A stretch of DNA of 64,000 nucleotides. It comes from a virus (lineage: Duplodnaviria; Caudoviricetes). Shown in pieces: positions 20,601 through 30,274 of the stretch (position 1 is the stretch's first letter; every line of letters begins with the position of its first letter). The stretch is taken from the IMG/VR virus record IMGVR_UViG_3300009170_000006, positions 3,721 to 67,720 of that record; one strand, given 5' to 3'. The notes beneath the pieces are model-generated. The model had not been told where the DNA came from, ran no database searches, and saw nothing but the letters and a program-made list of their open reading frames with translations. Position numbers and translations under genes: made by a program.

Positions 20601-20775
20601 CATTGTAATGAGATCCATAACTAAAAAACTCATTAGCAGTAGGTTGACCATTATGAGGTGCACCACTTAAGCCACCAAGTTTCATTTGTTGAGCATTAGC
20701 CCAATCTTCTTGTGTAGGGTACATGTCATAGAACTCTTGTTCAGACATACCATTTAACATTTCTTCTTTAGTCAT
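17668..20775 (-). CDS. Low-complexity internal virion protein with many xxGG repeats
   Basis: ORF-track TTG start (20790) overlaps a promoter, so the ATG at 20775 (MTKEEML) is preferred; Q/G/M-rich, at least 15 GG motifs, acidic C-terminus. Confidence 0.6.
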   Translation of the reverse strand: MTKEEMLNGMSEQEFYDMYPTQEDWANAQQMKLGGLSGAPHNGQPTANEFFSYGSHYNDSVNVPMGNPYYAAEGGTPYYGGPTRPYAYGGGLQKYQGDKQGSQVTLTPQQVAAADQAFGRIDHYSTRGQDDENANTAYKAQIDSLYRNPKYDIVSKIDSLNKVYPTVNEGFEDVPFNTIFNPNKEYNKNLIYKKENLSGASIPYMQKNEPQNLNKFENKANPYFKNTSYKEYGGYMDMGGNTASPTNYGSFNVPMKNGGIKQYQTAGEFINPKTPYSPEGPNINKFFNTRGKDLTPDEKFAAEEQIRLANRFGKKPITVGSRVDIGSSAFDTFDPNSDINQYMNPETKVIGPDSSHVFPGNPNLKTIFKGDKVIVGNALDTKKSRKEAEAFNKGNIIQKGYDLYSDYAHNATYPFKEEGGVIDPSNNMSYPTFEDGGKYNLLNLIKAASKKMKKAYGGDTVTQGGNSDNYGQGITNAFKKGIQANTMNALMNEEQDVVSDVIKQMGGYAGGYNQEPQFNKQNQAMQSMYQQRIDDTQSNLKNDFSNFGQSMNYLGATANPYTKTSVSYAADGIQTGQRNMSAEEWEWMDEQRKAKENQAQYNKYFGSQGTRGMNYIPMNYSPYNKISKKDVGMMQQLADNPSTNLKEFSHRHFGPWSKTKMTFGYKDQAPFTENKQDPIQVDLKNNTTQPSFEEQAALPLVGPRVDNTPTTDAMQGFIPKQILKDSETIPKKYGGLSKAQYGKDHMSTNAADGTYDNFGNAIGLSSATGNMGLSSNPMTNQGSFTPIGNAPGAAPSNISYQGTPQPAFSTPESVGIQQKNTMMKKDGVNKTATITQKGRPGFSGEGMANAMIAGTNLASGFLEAGQNAENEQKLGELRLADNAFVSTPANAQYGGSRGDYDPNSGMFRPNSMVPVQFPGYMGYSAYGGSFQNGGMQAQPQQEQIMQGVATMLQQGAQPEQVAKQLVEMGIPQEQVIQIIQAVMQQLQGGQEPQQQPMRYGGYATGGAAEEESYEEDLNEDEIAELRAQGYDVEYI

Positions 20776-20779
20776 AATA

Positions 20780-20791
20780 CAAATATACAAA
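20780..20791 (-). promoter_or_regulatory. Probable -7 promoter element
   Basis: TTTTGTATATTTG directly upstream of 17668..20775; no canonical -33 box. Confidence 0.5.
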
Positions 20792-20798
20792 AATTAAA

Positions 20799-21413
20799 TC
20801 AAATTATTATGTTTTTCCAAGATTTATTAGCTTTGATACTCTTATAAATATGCTTAGAAATGTTATATGTTTTTATAATAATATCTTTAGGTATATTATT
20901 ATAAATATCAATTTTTATTAATCTAGCTATTTTATTAGTAATAGTAGATTGAGGATGATTTTCCCCTGTATTTTTATCTTTAACCATTTTAGCAAATACA
21001 GGATCAGACCATTTATGTGTTATATATTTACTTCTATTTAAAGATTGAATTAATCTTTGATTAGGGTCTTTAAATCTTTTTTTATGAGATTTTGACATTT
21101 TATTTTTAGTTTTTTCAGAACACTTCCTACCCAAAACACCAATTGCTGTAGTTAAAATATTATAATCATATTTTTGAGTATCTAAAAACCATTGTTCAAG
21201 TTTAAATTTATATTCTATAGGGCAAGTTGCTAATATAGTAAATACAAAAAATTTTTCACCATTTTTATTATAAGCTCTTTGTAAATGTATATTAGCATGT
21301 TTATTAGTTCTAAGTTTATAAAGATGTGTCATTTTTCTTTGATTAAAAGAATTAGTACTTCCAATATAACATTTGTTATTTATTATATTTGTTATTTTAT
21401 AAATTACTGCCAT
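20799..21413 (-). mobile_element. Free-standing GIY-YIG homing endonuclease gene (NUMOD3-like DNA-binding region)
   Basis: VIYKITN...YIGST...R...H catalytic motif, EQWFLD...YN, GRKCSEKTKNKMSKSHK, GENHPQS; very AT-rich. Confidence 0.9.
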
Positions 21414-21415
21414 AT

Positions 21416-24058
21416 TTAATCTAATAAATTATCAAGCCATCCGCCATCTTTATACTTTAATCCTGGCTTAAATCTTCTCTTACCAGCAGGTCCAAATAAA
21501 GTTTCATTTCTTAGCATTATATCATTAACACTAGATTGAATATTTTTAGATGTATACTTCTTTAATCCTTTCTGACCACCTCTTTTAAATTCATTATCTA
21601 ACCAACCTCCAAGTTTTTCTTGTTGTAAAGCTGCTGCTCCTAAACCTATTGGTACAACTGCTGGTATTTTATTTAGTAAAGTTGATAAAGTTTTATGTGC
21701 TTCAGGAGTATTCTGCATAAAAGACATAACTCTATCTTTATTTCCTGTTTTGTCAATAAAAGCTTTTAAATGTTCAGGAGTTACAGTTTCTTGAATATCA
21801 TTTATAACTCCTTCATTTTTTAAATTTCTTTTTAACTCTCTTAGATGAGCTAAAGGTTCTCTTCCTGATTCACTATTAAAAAAATATTCAGCACTTCTTA
21901 AGTCATGTTTATTACCTTTAAACATATTTGCAAGTTCTTCTGGGGATTTTTGTAAAGCTTGTTCTTTAAAAAAAGTAGATACTTTATTTGTAGTATGAGG
22001 TAATAATTTATCTACAGCTTCCATATCAATATCTGTTGGTGCATTATAAGGATTTTTTAAACTAGGATATACCTTACCTTTTTTCTTTAAATAATATTGT
22101 ATAGCATGTCCTAACTCATGATCAATAACTGTTTCAGGTACTGCAAATGGAGCTTTTGTAGATCTATATAATTTTAATTCTTCTGGATTTATATTTATAG
22201 CTCCTTGCCCTACTGGATAAAAAGAATTACCAAGTTCATTTGATCCTGCTTTTTTTATATCATTTAAATATTTTAAAAAGTCATCTGTATCATCAATACC
22301 TAAATTTTTTAATCTAGTAAGGCCTTCTGGAGTAGTCATTTCTTTTACAGCATTTTTATACTGAGCAGGAAGTTTTTTTAACTCTGAATAATTATTTATT
22401 TTATATTTTAAATTTTTAGGTATTTGTTTTAACTCAGATACTATACCTTTTCCTAAAGCTTTAGTTTCTTCAAAAAAACCATTAGGAGATCCTGGTAATT
22501 CTACAGGAACTTCTGGATAACCTTTTAACCAATGAGGGTCACTATTATACATTTTTACATCTGCTCCTGGTACATTAGTTACAGTAGCTCCAGTTTTAGG
22601 ATCTATAACTCTATGAGCATAATGTCTTCCTTTAATAGGAAAACCTGTTACTGGATTTAATTCTCCTCTTTTAAAAGTAGGAAGATCAGTTTTAAATATA
22701 ACACCTCCTTCATCAGGAAGATAATTTAAATCAGCATATCCTTTTTGAAAAGAAGGAAAAGCAGTAGGTCTACTCATTGCTCTTTCTTGCAAGGTGGCTC
22801 CTTTTGGAACATCAGGTGTTTGACTTCTTAAAATACCTGTTTTTTTAAAATCTTCAGCAGCATCTAAACCTGCTACTCTATAAGAGCTGTTTGGATTTTT
22901 TAATTTTTCTGCCCAAGGGTTTATTTTATAAGTATTTTTAACAGCAGGTGTTACAGCAGGTAATGCTGTTAAAGCATCAAAAGCTGCAGCTGAATAATCA
23001 CCTTTAGCAACATCTGGTCCTACATTAGCTAATCCTTTTATAGCACCAATAGCCATACCTTCCGGTGTAAAATATTGTGCAGTATTAAACATAGGATGCT
23101 CTAAAGTTTTTTTCATACTATCTTTTACATAGTCTTGATAATGTTCTTTAGTAGCTTGTTTTCTAGAAGCAGTTTCAGCTTTTGCATTTGCTTCTTTAGC
23201 ATCAAGATAAGCAGTTCTTTCTTGAGCAGTCATTTCTCCCCAAGGTTTTTGACCTCCTACTTGCATAGTATCTAACCAACCTCCTGTTGCCATATGAGTA
23301 TCAGTCTTAGTATGTATTCCACCAAAAGGATACATATCAGAAGATCCTCCATAAGCAAAATCTCCATGTTCACCTAAATCTGCTTGTGGAAATATATTTC
23401 TTCCTCCATACTTAGGAACTTCTCCATGTCTTAAATCCCAAGTAAAACCTGAATTATCTTTAGCTCCTAATAAAGCTTGTACAGCATCTGTACCTCTACC
23501 AGTTTTAGAAGCAACATTAGCAGCTCTTGATAAAGATTTATTTCTAGGTAAAGTATTTCTTAATATTTTATCTATTCCTGAATATTTTATAAGATGTATT
23601 CCTGGTTCTGTTACTTTAGATATTTTTCCTAAAAGAGGAATAGCACCAAAAGCTTCTAATGCTGTTTCTTTACTAAGTCCTGTATTTTTATAAGCTCTAT
23701 ATACATCATCCCAAGATGATATACCTGTAGGATCTATAATTTCTCCAACATTTTCTAACCATGAATCATTGTCTTCTACTTGTCTACCTTTTTGAGCCAT
23801 AGGATACTCTGTAACATACTCTCCTGGAAAAGTATAGTCCATACCTGGATACATCATTTGAGAGTAACCTGTGTCATCTATACCTTGTACTGGATAGTTT
23901 ACACCTTGCATAGTAATCTGGTTACTAGGAATCTTAGTTACCTGACCCGGATATTTCCATTGGCCAAGATTACTATATACCACATCATGTTTATAAGGAT
24001 TAGTTTTTCCTTTAGGTTTTATGATGTACTCATTTCTAGGTATCTTGTTTTGCTTCAT
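21416..24058 (-). CDS. Modular internal virion protein with pre-toxin-like segments and an HExxH metallopeptidase-like domain
   Basis: 880 aa; N-terminal IPSNQITMQGVNYPV...FPGEYVTEYP domain; three GGWLD repeats; DHELGHAIQ...EPLAHLRE. Confidence 0.55.
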   Translation of the reverse strand: MKQNKIPRNEYIIKPKGKTNPYKHDVVYSNLGQWKYPGQVTKIPSNQITMQGVNYPVQGIDDTGYSQMMYPGMDYTFPGEYVTEYPMAQKGRQVEDNDSWLENVGEIIDPTGISSWDDVYRAYKNTGLSKETALEAFGAIPLLGKISKVTEPGIHLIKYSGIDKILRNTLPRNKSLSRAANVASKTGRGTDAVQALLGAKDNSGFTWDLRHGEVPKYGGRNIFPQADLGEHGDFAYGGSSDMYPFGGIHTKTDTHMATGGWLDTMQVGGQKPWGEMTAQERTAYLDAKEANAKAETASRKQATKEHYQDYVKDSMKKTLEHPMFNTAQYFTPEGMAIGAIKGLANVGPDVAKGDYSAAAFDALTALPAVTPAVKNTYKINPWAEKLKNPNSSYRVAGLDAAEDFKKTGILRSQTPDVPKGATLQERAMSRPTAFPSFQKGYADLNYLPDEGGVIFKTDLPTFKRGELNPVTGFPIKGRHYAHRVIDPKTGATVTNVPGADVKMYNSDPHWLKGYPEVPVELPGSPNGFFEETKALGKGIVSELKQIPKNLKYKINNYSELKKLPAQYKNAVKEMTTPEGLTRLKNLGIDDTDDFLKYLNDIKKAGSNELGNSFYPVGQGAININPEELKLYRSTKAPFAVPETVIDHELGHAIQYYLKKKGKVYPSLKNPYNAPTDIDMEAVDKLLPHTTNKVSTFFKEQALQKSPEELANMFKGNKHDLRSAEYFFNSESGREPLAHLRELKRNLKNEGVINDIQETVTPEHLKAFIDKTGNKDRVMSFMQNTPEAHKTLSTLLNKIPAVVPIGLGAAALQQEKLGGWLDNEFKRGGQKGLKKYTSKNIQSSVNDIMLRNETLFGPAGKRRFKPGLKYKDGGWLDNLLD

Positions 24059-27000
24059 TATCTTGGGGATAAAAGGTTTTTAGTTTCTGCTAACATTACC
24101 AACATTTTTCTATTTCCTGATACTAACTTTCTTAATAACACAGTAACTTTATAATGTCTGAATTTCTTTCTTTGAAAAGGATCTTTATTATAGTTTAAGT
24201 TAAAAGAATTAAGTACTCTAATATAACCATTACTTGCAGTATCCCAAATAGGTCTTTCTGCAAATCCTGGAATCAAAGCATTAAAGTATTCTCCTCTATC
24301 TTCTGTAATATCCCAGAACTGATTAAATCTATATTTGTTTTCTTCTTTAGAGAATAGAACATTTATATTAGTAGGGTTAATAATAGGATAAGTTAATATA
24401 GCAGTAGGATTTTCTTTAGGATTAAGTATTAGTTTTAATAAACCTGAAGTTTGTTCAGTGTTATAAATTGTAGCTTCATCAAAGTTATAATCTAATACAT
24501 GAAATCTATCATAACCATTAGGAGAATACTTATAACACTCTAAGTAATATTGGATACTTCTTAGAGAAGTTATTTCCTGACCAGTAGTAACTTGAAACTC
24601 AACTTCAAAAGGTTTATCTTCTCCATAGTAATTACAGTATAGATCAAATCTTTCATTATGGATCCAGATACTTTTACCATCTAAAGGACTAACAGTCATA
24701 AAGGTGTTCTTACCTGGAAGACAGAAGTTAGGGTGCCAGTCATGATAACTTAACCAACCTTGAGTTTTAGGGTCAAAGCTTATAGTCCATGATGCCTCAT
24801 CAAAATATAATGGCCAGTAAGCATCATTAGGGTTTCCTAATTGAATATTTAACATACCATCTACTAAGAATTTATTACCACCTATATAAACAGGTTTTGA
24901 TGCAAGATCTTTCTTTAAAGAATAATCTTTTTTACTAAAGTATAATAAACCATTTTCATTATCATATACTGATTGACAAGAAACACCAATAACAGGATTA
25001 TCTAATAATTGAAAATCTGGATAATCATCAATTAACTTATAAGGTAAGTATTGATTAAACCACCATTTTAAATTTATATTAGATACTTCTTTAATACCTT
25101 GACCTGCAACAGTAAATATTTTACCTTGATTTTGACTTATCCAATATATACCTGCAGGAGTATTAATAACACTCATTCTATTTTGACAAGATCCATACTC
25201 ATGAGAAGAATCTACATTAATAAGAGCTTGCAAAGGTTGTGAAAATAATCCACCATCACCAATAGTAAGTTTAGTTCCTAAGCCTGTTTCTAATTGATCA
25301 GTACCTTGGAATTGAACCGGGCTTGCTGCATCAAAGAATATAATAGCACCACTTTTATTTATAGGTTTAATACAAGTAACTACATTATCAAAATCATAAT
25401 AGTTATTTGCTAAGAATACTTTCCAAGCATCTTTTAAACCTTCATACTGAGCTGGTAAAGAATAGATAACTCTAGTAGGTATATATACAAAACAAGTTTC
25501 TGCTATATAAGGATTATAAGTACTAGCTTGCATACTAGCCCAAGAAGTATAATTTTTAAATAATTTAGTTACACTTAATGATATATCATATTTGTAATAG
25601 TTACCTGCTTTAATTATAGCAGTATTAAATAAAGTTTTAGTATCACTACCTGCATAAGGATCATAAAATTTTTGTGAATCTAAATTTCCTTGATCTCTAT
25701 AAGCTACATTAATTTCACTCTCTACAAAAAAGTTTCTTACACCAGAATTAAATAAATAAAACCAACCTCTTTTATCAAATCTAAAATTATCAGGATTAAA
25801 TACACCTAATGAACCTTGATTAACCACCTCGCCATCTAAAGCATAATAACTACTAGGTAATGTTAAACTAGCTAAACTACCAATTGAACCAGAATAAACT
25901 GAAGCAAATAAACTTGTACTAAATTCACTTGTTTGAAATTCATTAAAGTTAGCCCAATAATGAGGATAAGGAAGCATTACATGTTGAGAATAATCTAACT
26001 GTGCACCATCAGGTTGGCCTTCTAACCACTCATAAAAAAAGAAAAATGTATTTTTTTCAGTATACTTGTTTATATAAACATCTCCACCAAATAATGTTTC
26101 TGTAGAAGAATATAATGTAGCATTAGCACCATTAGAATCAAGAAAGTTACCATCATTATCAATATATACTCTAGTATAACATGGTGAAGTAGGTAACTGA
26201 ACAATATTATTTAATTGACTATACTGATTTTTTATTCTAACTTTTAATGCTCCATATAAAGATGAACAAGTTCTAACATATTCTTTGTTAAGTAAATTAT
26301 CAATTGTTTTTTTATCAGCAGGTAATCCAGTTTGAGCTTCTGCTCCTGTAAATCTTGAGTCATCTGTTATAAGGGGAAAACCAAAACTTGAAATAGATTC
26401 AAAATGTACTGTTCTACTTCTGAATAAATTGTTTATTTTATAGGTACTGTTTAAATCTAAAATTTCAGGATTTAAATATTGTTGACTAACAAGTGAACTT
26501 CTAAATAAAGAACCTCTTGCATTAATATTATTATAGTAACCATATGAATGATATCTTACAGCAAAATCTCTATATCTAATTAATGCTTTCATTAATCTTA
26601 ATATACTATCTGTACCATCACTGAAGTAATTTAAAAATAAAGGAATATTACCAAGAGCACCAAAACCAGGACCAAGATTATCTAAATAACCATTTTCTTG
26701 ATTAAGTCTAATTGGTTTAATAATTGAATAAGGTGATGCACTATATGAAGCATTAATAGCAATTTGAGCTGTACTATAAACATCATTTGTACTTGTTCCA
26801 AGCAAAGTAGTAGGAAGTCTTGCAATATCTGCAATTGATCTTATGGTTTTAGGAATTAATGCTAAAGCATCTGCTATGGGTATAGCTGCCATATCAAGAG
26901 CACTAGGTATAGTACCAGCACCTGTACCTAACAAAGTTCCTGATAGGCCTCCTGTAGTTGGATCAACATATGGAGTTTGTCTTTTACCATTAGCTGCTAA

Positions 27001-29250
27001 TACAGCAATTCCAATACCACCAATACCGGCTATAACAAATGATAAGTTACTTACTAATTTTTCTTTAGGATGTTTTTCAGATAAATCAAATTTACCTATA
27101 GTGTTTCCTGAAATATTAGTATATACTCTAAATTCTTTAGCAGCTAAAAAAGGATTAGAGAAGTTTGTATCAGGTGAATGAAAAGTATAATGTTTATCAT
27201 TAAATGCTGACTCCCCAATAAATCCACCAGGCATAGGATTAAAACCTGTAATATTACCACTTACAGCATCTGTTTTTGTTTCTCCCATACTTAAATAATC
27301 ATCAGCTCTTAAATCATTGTAAGGATAGTTAGGCATTAAACCATTTTTACTAGATCCTGGTATATTATACTCTCTCATGTTATTAATGATACCTTTAGCA
27401 ATAACTGTTTTATTACCATTTCTTGTACTTCTTAATATTCTATAACCAATAATACCTGGAATCAACTGACCATCATTTGTTCTTGGAGCTCTAATATTTT
27501 CAAAAGTAACTCCCATTACTCTTATAGTAGTTCCACTACCTGAATTAAATAATGTAGCACTTCCTGAAGGATCACCTGAAACAATATCTTCAGGAAATTT
27601 ATGATGTCTTATAAGTTTACCACAAAGATCATAGTCATCATTAGGGGTACCTACATAGGGAGGAGGTAAAACAGGACCAATACAAGGAGCAATAGGATTT
27701 AATGTTGACCAACAATAAAAACTAGCATCCCAAATCTCAGGATGTTTGTCTGGATAGTATTCAGTAGATTGCCAATAACCCATTATACCTTCAGCAATAA
27801 CAACACCACCATCAGATAATACAGTTCCCGGAGCACCTGTCCATCTTGCAGTATTATAAGTTTCAAATACCATTGTATCACCAACTAAAGCATTGTTAGT
27901 ACTACCAGGAGGGGGAATATAATTCCAATCAGCTATTTCAGATATTGTAATAGATGGAATACTATAAGGAATAGTATAAAGTAAAGGAGGTCTTCCAGGT
28001 ATATGATATGAAGCAGATGTATCACCTGTATCATAAATCCATTCAATAAAGAAAGCATAAACCTCATCTCTCATGTAACCAGTTTTGTTACCTCCTTTAT
28101 GATAGTAGTCTGAAGGATATTCTACTGATTGCCATTTAGTTACAATTTGATTTGCTAATGGTTGATAGTTAAAGTTCTCTTTAGATGTAGGCCCAACTCT
28201 TATTAAGTAATCTCCCACACTATACATAGCATCAGTCTTATTAACTATTGGAGTCATGATAGGTAACTGTTCAACAGGAATAGTTGGCCATGTATCAAAA
28301 ATTGTATCAAAACTTAATCTTCTTTGTCTTGTGCTATATAAGCCTGCTTGTCTTACAACAGTTTGTTGATTAACAGTAGTAACAGTAGCAACTATGATTT
28401 GATCAAAAGTTTGATCTATACTATCAATAAAAACATCTAAAGAACAAGAACTATTATTAGGATCAAATAATCCTTGAGTATTAGATACATACCAATCACT
28501 CATCTTTTGACCATTTACAGAGTAGGCCATAGCAACCATGTATGATCCATTTAATAAGTTACCACCACTGTATCCTTTTTCTACTCTTGGACATATAGGT
28601 AATATATATTGAGCAAGTCTTAATTTATCACAATCTAATACAGGAGTGTTTGTACAAATTATACAACCACCAGGATCAGTACCATTACTATCTACACAAG
28701 TTTGTACCCAAGGAATAGTACTTGTATATTGACCATTTACTTCAGAATCAAAAAGATTTGGATTAAAGTAATCTAGACTAGTAGGATCAGTATCAATATA
28801 ATCAACATTGATTTCCATAACCCTAGAAGGATTGATACTATCATCCCAATATATATTATAAGTACAAGTACTTAAAGATCTTGATACACCAATTACTAAA
28901 TTTTCTAATTGAAAACTAAGACAAGGATCACTTACTAAAGGATCATATCTACAAGTTCCTTCTTTAAATAAACCTATTTCACAATTACCATATCCATCAG
29001 TAGAAAATATTACCCACTTATCAGTAATAATATGTATAGTTCCAATAACAATATTTGTTATATCTACACATTTTAAATTAGCTGGTTCATTACCTAGTTT
29101 ACCTAAGTCACCAGTAACAGAATTATTAATTGCATTTCTAGCCTGGGTCCATTCATTTGAGGGCAAATGAAAGTCATTGACATCTTCATTTAAAGCTTTG
29201 TCAAAAGTCCTTGGTTGTGAATTAGGTGTAGTATCTTGTTCTTGTGCCAT
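24058..29250 (-). CDS. Tail stabilization/muzzle protein
   Basis: 1730 aa, beta-rich; GYMRDEVYAFFIEW, IRHHKFP, FHSPD, FGGDVYI, WTISF...W.SYHDW; lies between the ring proteins and the cargo genes. Confidence 0.8.
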   Translation of the reverse strand: MAQEQDTTPNSQPRTFDKALNEDVNDFHLPSNEWTQARNAINNSVTGDLGKLGNEPANLKCVDITNIVIGTIHIITDKWVIFSTDGYGNCEIGLFKEGTCRYDPLVSDPCLSFQLENLVIGVSRSLSTCTYNIYWDDSINPSRVMEINVDYIDTDPTSLDYFNPNLFDSEVNGQYTSTIPWVQTCVDSNGTDPGGCIICTNTPVLDCDKLRLAQYILPICPRVEKGYSGGNLLNGSYMVAMAYSVNGQKMSDWYVSNTQGLFDPNNSSCSLDVFIDSIDQTFDQIIVATVTTVNQQTVVRQAGLYSTRQRRLSFDTIFDTWPTIPVEQLPIMTPIVNKTDAMYSVGDYLIRVGPTSKENFNYQPLANQIVTKWQSVEYPSDYYHKGGNKTGYMRDEVYAFFIEWIYDTGDTSASYHIPGRPPLLYTIPYSIPSITISEIADWNYIPPPGSTNNALVGDTMVFETYNTARWTGAPGTVLSDGGVVIAEGIMGYWQSTEYYPDKHPEIWDASFYCWSTLNPIAPCIGPVLPPPYVGTPNDDYDLCGKLIRHHKFPEDIVSGDPSGSATLFNSGSGTTIRVMGVTFENIRAPRTNDGQLIPGIIGYRILRSTRNGNKTVIAKGIINNMREYNIPGSSKNGLMPNYPYNDLRADDYLSMGETKTDAVSGNITGFNPMPGGFIGESAFNDKHYTFHSPDTNFSNPFLAAKEFRVYTNISGNTIGKFDLSEKHPKEKLVSNLSFVIAGIGGIGIAVLAANGKRQTPYVDPTTGGLSGTLLGTGAGTIPSALDMAAIPIADALALIPKTIRSIADIARLPTTLLGTSTNDVYSTAQIAINASYSASPYSIIKPIRLNQENGYLDNLGPGFGALGNIPLFLNYFSDGTDSILRLMKALIRYRDFAVRYHSYGYYNNINARGSLFRSSLVSQQYLNPEILDLNSTYKINNLFRSRTVHFESISSFGFPLITDDSRFTGAEAQTGLPADKKTIDNLLNKEYVRTCSSLYGALKVRIKNQYSQLNNIVQLPTSPCYTRVYIDNDGNFLDSNGANATLYSSTETLFGGDVYINKYTEKNTFFFFYEWLEGQPDGAQLDYSQHVMLPYPHYWANFNEFQTSEFSTSLFASVYSGSIGSLASLTLPSSYYALDGEVVNQGSLGVFNPDNFRFDKRGWFYLFNSGVRNFFVESEINVAYRDQGNLDSQKFYDPYAGSDTKTLFNTAIIKAGNYYKYDISLSVTKLFKNYTSWASMQASTYNPYIAETCFVYIPTRVIYSLPAQYEGLKDAWKVFLANNYYDFDNVVTCIKPINKSGAIIFFDAASPVQFQGTDQLETGLGTKLTIGDGGLFSQPLQALINVDSSHEYGSCQNRMSVINTPAGIYWISQNQGKIFTVAGQGIKEVSNINLKWWFNQYLPYKLIDDYPDFQLLDNPVIGVSCQSVYDNENGLLYFSKKDYSLKKDLASKPVYIGGNKFLVDGMLNIQLGNPNDAYWPLYFDEASWTISFDPKTQGWLSYHDWHPNFCLPGKNTFMTVSPLDGKSIWIHNERFDLYCNYYGEDKPFEVEFQVTTGQEITSLRSIQYYLECYKYSPNGYDRFHVLDYNFDEATIYNTEQTSGLLKLILNPKENPTAILTYPIINPTNINVLFSKEENKYRFNQFWDITEDRGEYFNALIPGFAERPIWDTASNGYIRVLNSFNLNYNKDPFQRKKFRHYKVTVLLRKLVSGNRKMLVMLAETKNLLSPR

Positions 29251-30269
29251 TAGAATCTGTTCATTTGATTATTAACATTAATATTATAACCTTGATTCCA
29301 AGGGTAAGATTTAAATGGTTCATAGTATTTAGCATACATTGCTTTTCTATTAGCTTCCCATACTTGTTTCATCTCTGCAAAGTTAGGAGTATTTACAATA
29401 CTTTTAGCATAATTTCTTGCAACTTTTAATCTTTGTTCAACTAAATTTAATTTAGCTGTAACAGGTTCATCATTCATTAATAAGTTTTCAAGAATTCTTT
29501 GCTTAACTGCATACTCATAATACTCATTAATTTCTGGATGATCTGGTACTAACAAGTTACCATCTTCATCTTCTAATTGTCCTTGATAAGTAATATATAC
29601 TTTACCATTTTCAAAATTAGTAAATAAGAAACCATCTCTGATCCAAGCTTCTTCTGCAGATCTAGCATATAAATTAGGACAATCACAATCAATACTTTGA
29701 GCATTGTTAATCATTCTTAATGGCCATAATCTTTTATAAGTTCTTTCTTGAGATTTAACTACTTGAACAAGTTCATAAGTATCACCTTTACAATTTATTT
29801 GTATTTTAGGTTTAACACAGTATTGAGTCTCAGGAGGATTAACACATGCAGCAGGACTTGATGCACAATTACATCCACCACAAGCAGTTCCACAAGTTTG
29901 ACAATTAACTGATCCATCAGTACAAGGACTAATTATATCAGGTGTTTGTCTATATGTTGGAGTAAGTCTAACTTCCTCAATATGAGTACCTTGACTAACT
30001 GGTTCATGTATAGTAACTTCATCACAAATTAATGCATAGTTTAATACAAAAAAATCATCTGGTAATTTTACTCTATTCTTTTTAACATCAAGCATGACTT
30101 CTTTAGTCATCATGATTCTTAAACCTAAATCATAAGTAACTCTCTTAGCAACCTTGATAAGTTGTTGAGGTTCAATCATGTTCTGTAAAGACAAGTTTTG
30201 AAAATCAACTTGAACATCATCAAGTAGTTGATCAAAGGTTCTATATTTTATAGTATAATTATATGACAT
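29250..30269 (-). CDS. Tail tubular/ring protein
   Basis: 339 aa; VKLPDDF, FTNFENGKVYITY...DEDGNLLVPD; directly before the muzzle gene; Cys-rich insertion. Confidence 0.7.
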   Translation of the reverse strand: MSYNYTIKYRTFDQLLDDVQVDFQNLSLQNMIEPQQLIKVAKRVTYDLGLRIMMTKEVMLDVKKNRVKLPDDFFVLNYALICDEVTIHEPVSQGTHIEEVRLTPTYRQTPDIISPCTDGSVNCQTCGTACGGCNCASSPAACVNPPETQYCVKPKIQINCKGDTYELVQVVKSQERTYKRLWPLRMINNAQSIDCDCPNLYARSAEEAWIRDGFLFTNFENGKVYITYQGQLEDEDGNLLVPDHPEINEYYEYAVKQRILENLLMNDEPVTAKLNLVEQRLKVARNYAKSIVNTPNFAEMKQVWEANRKAMYAKYYEPFKSYPWNQGYNINVNNQMNRF

Positions 30270-30274
30270 GACTT

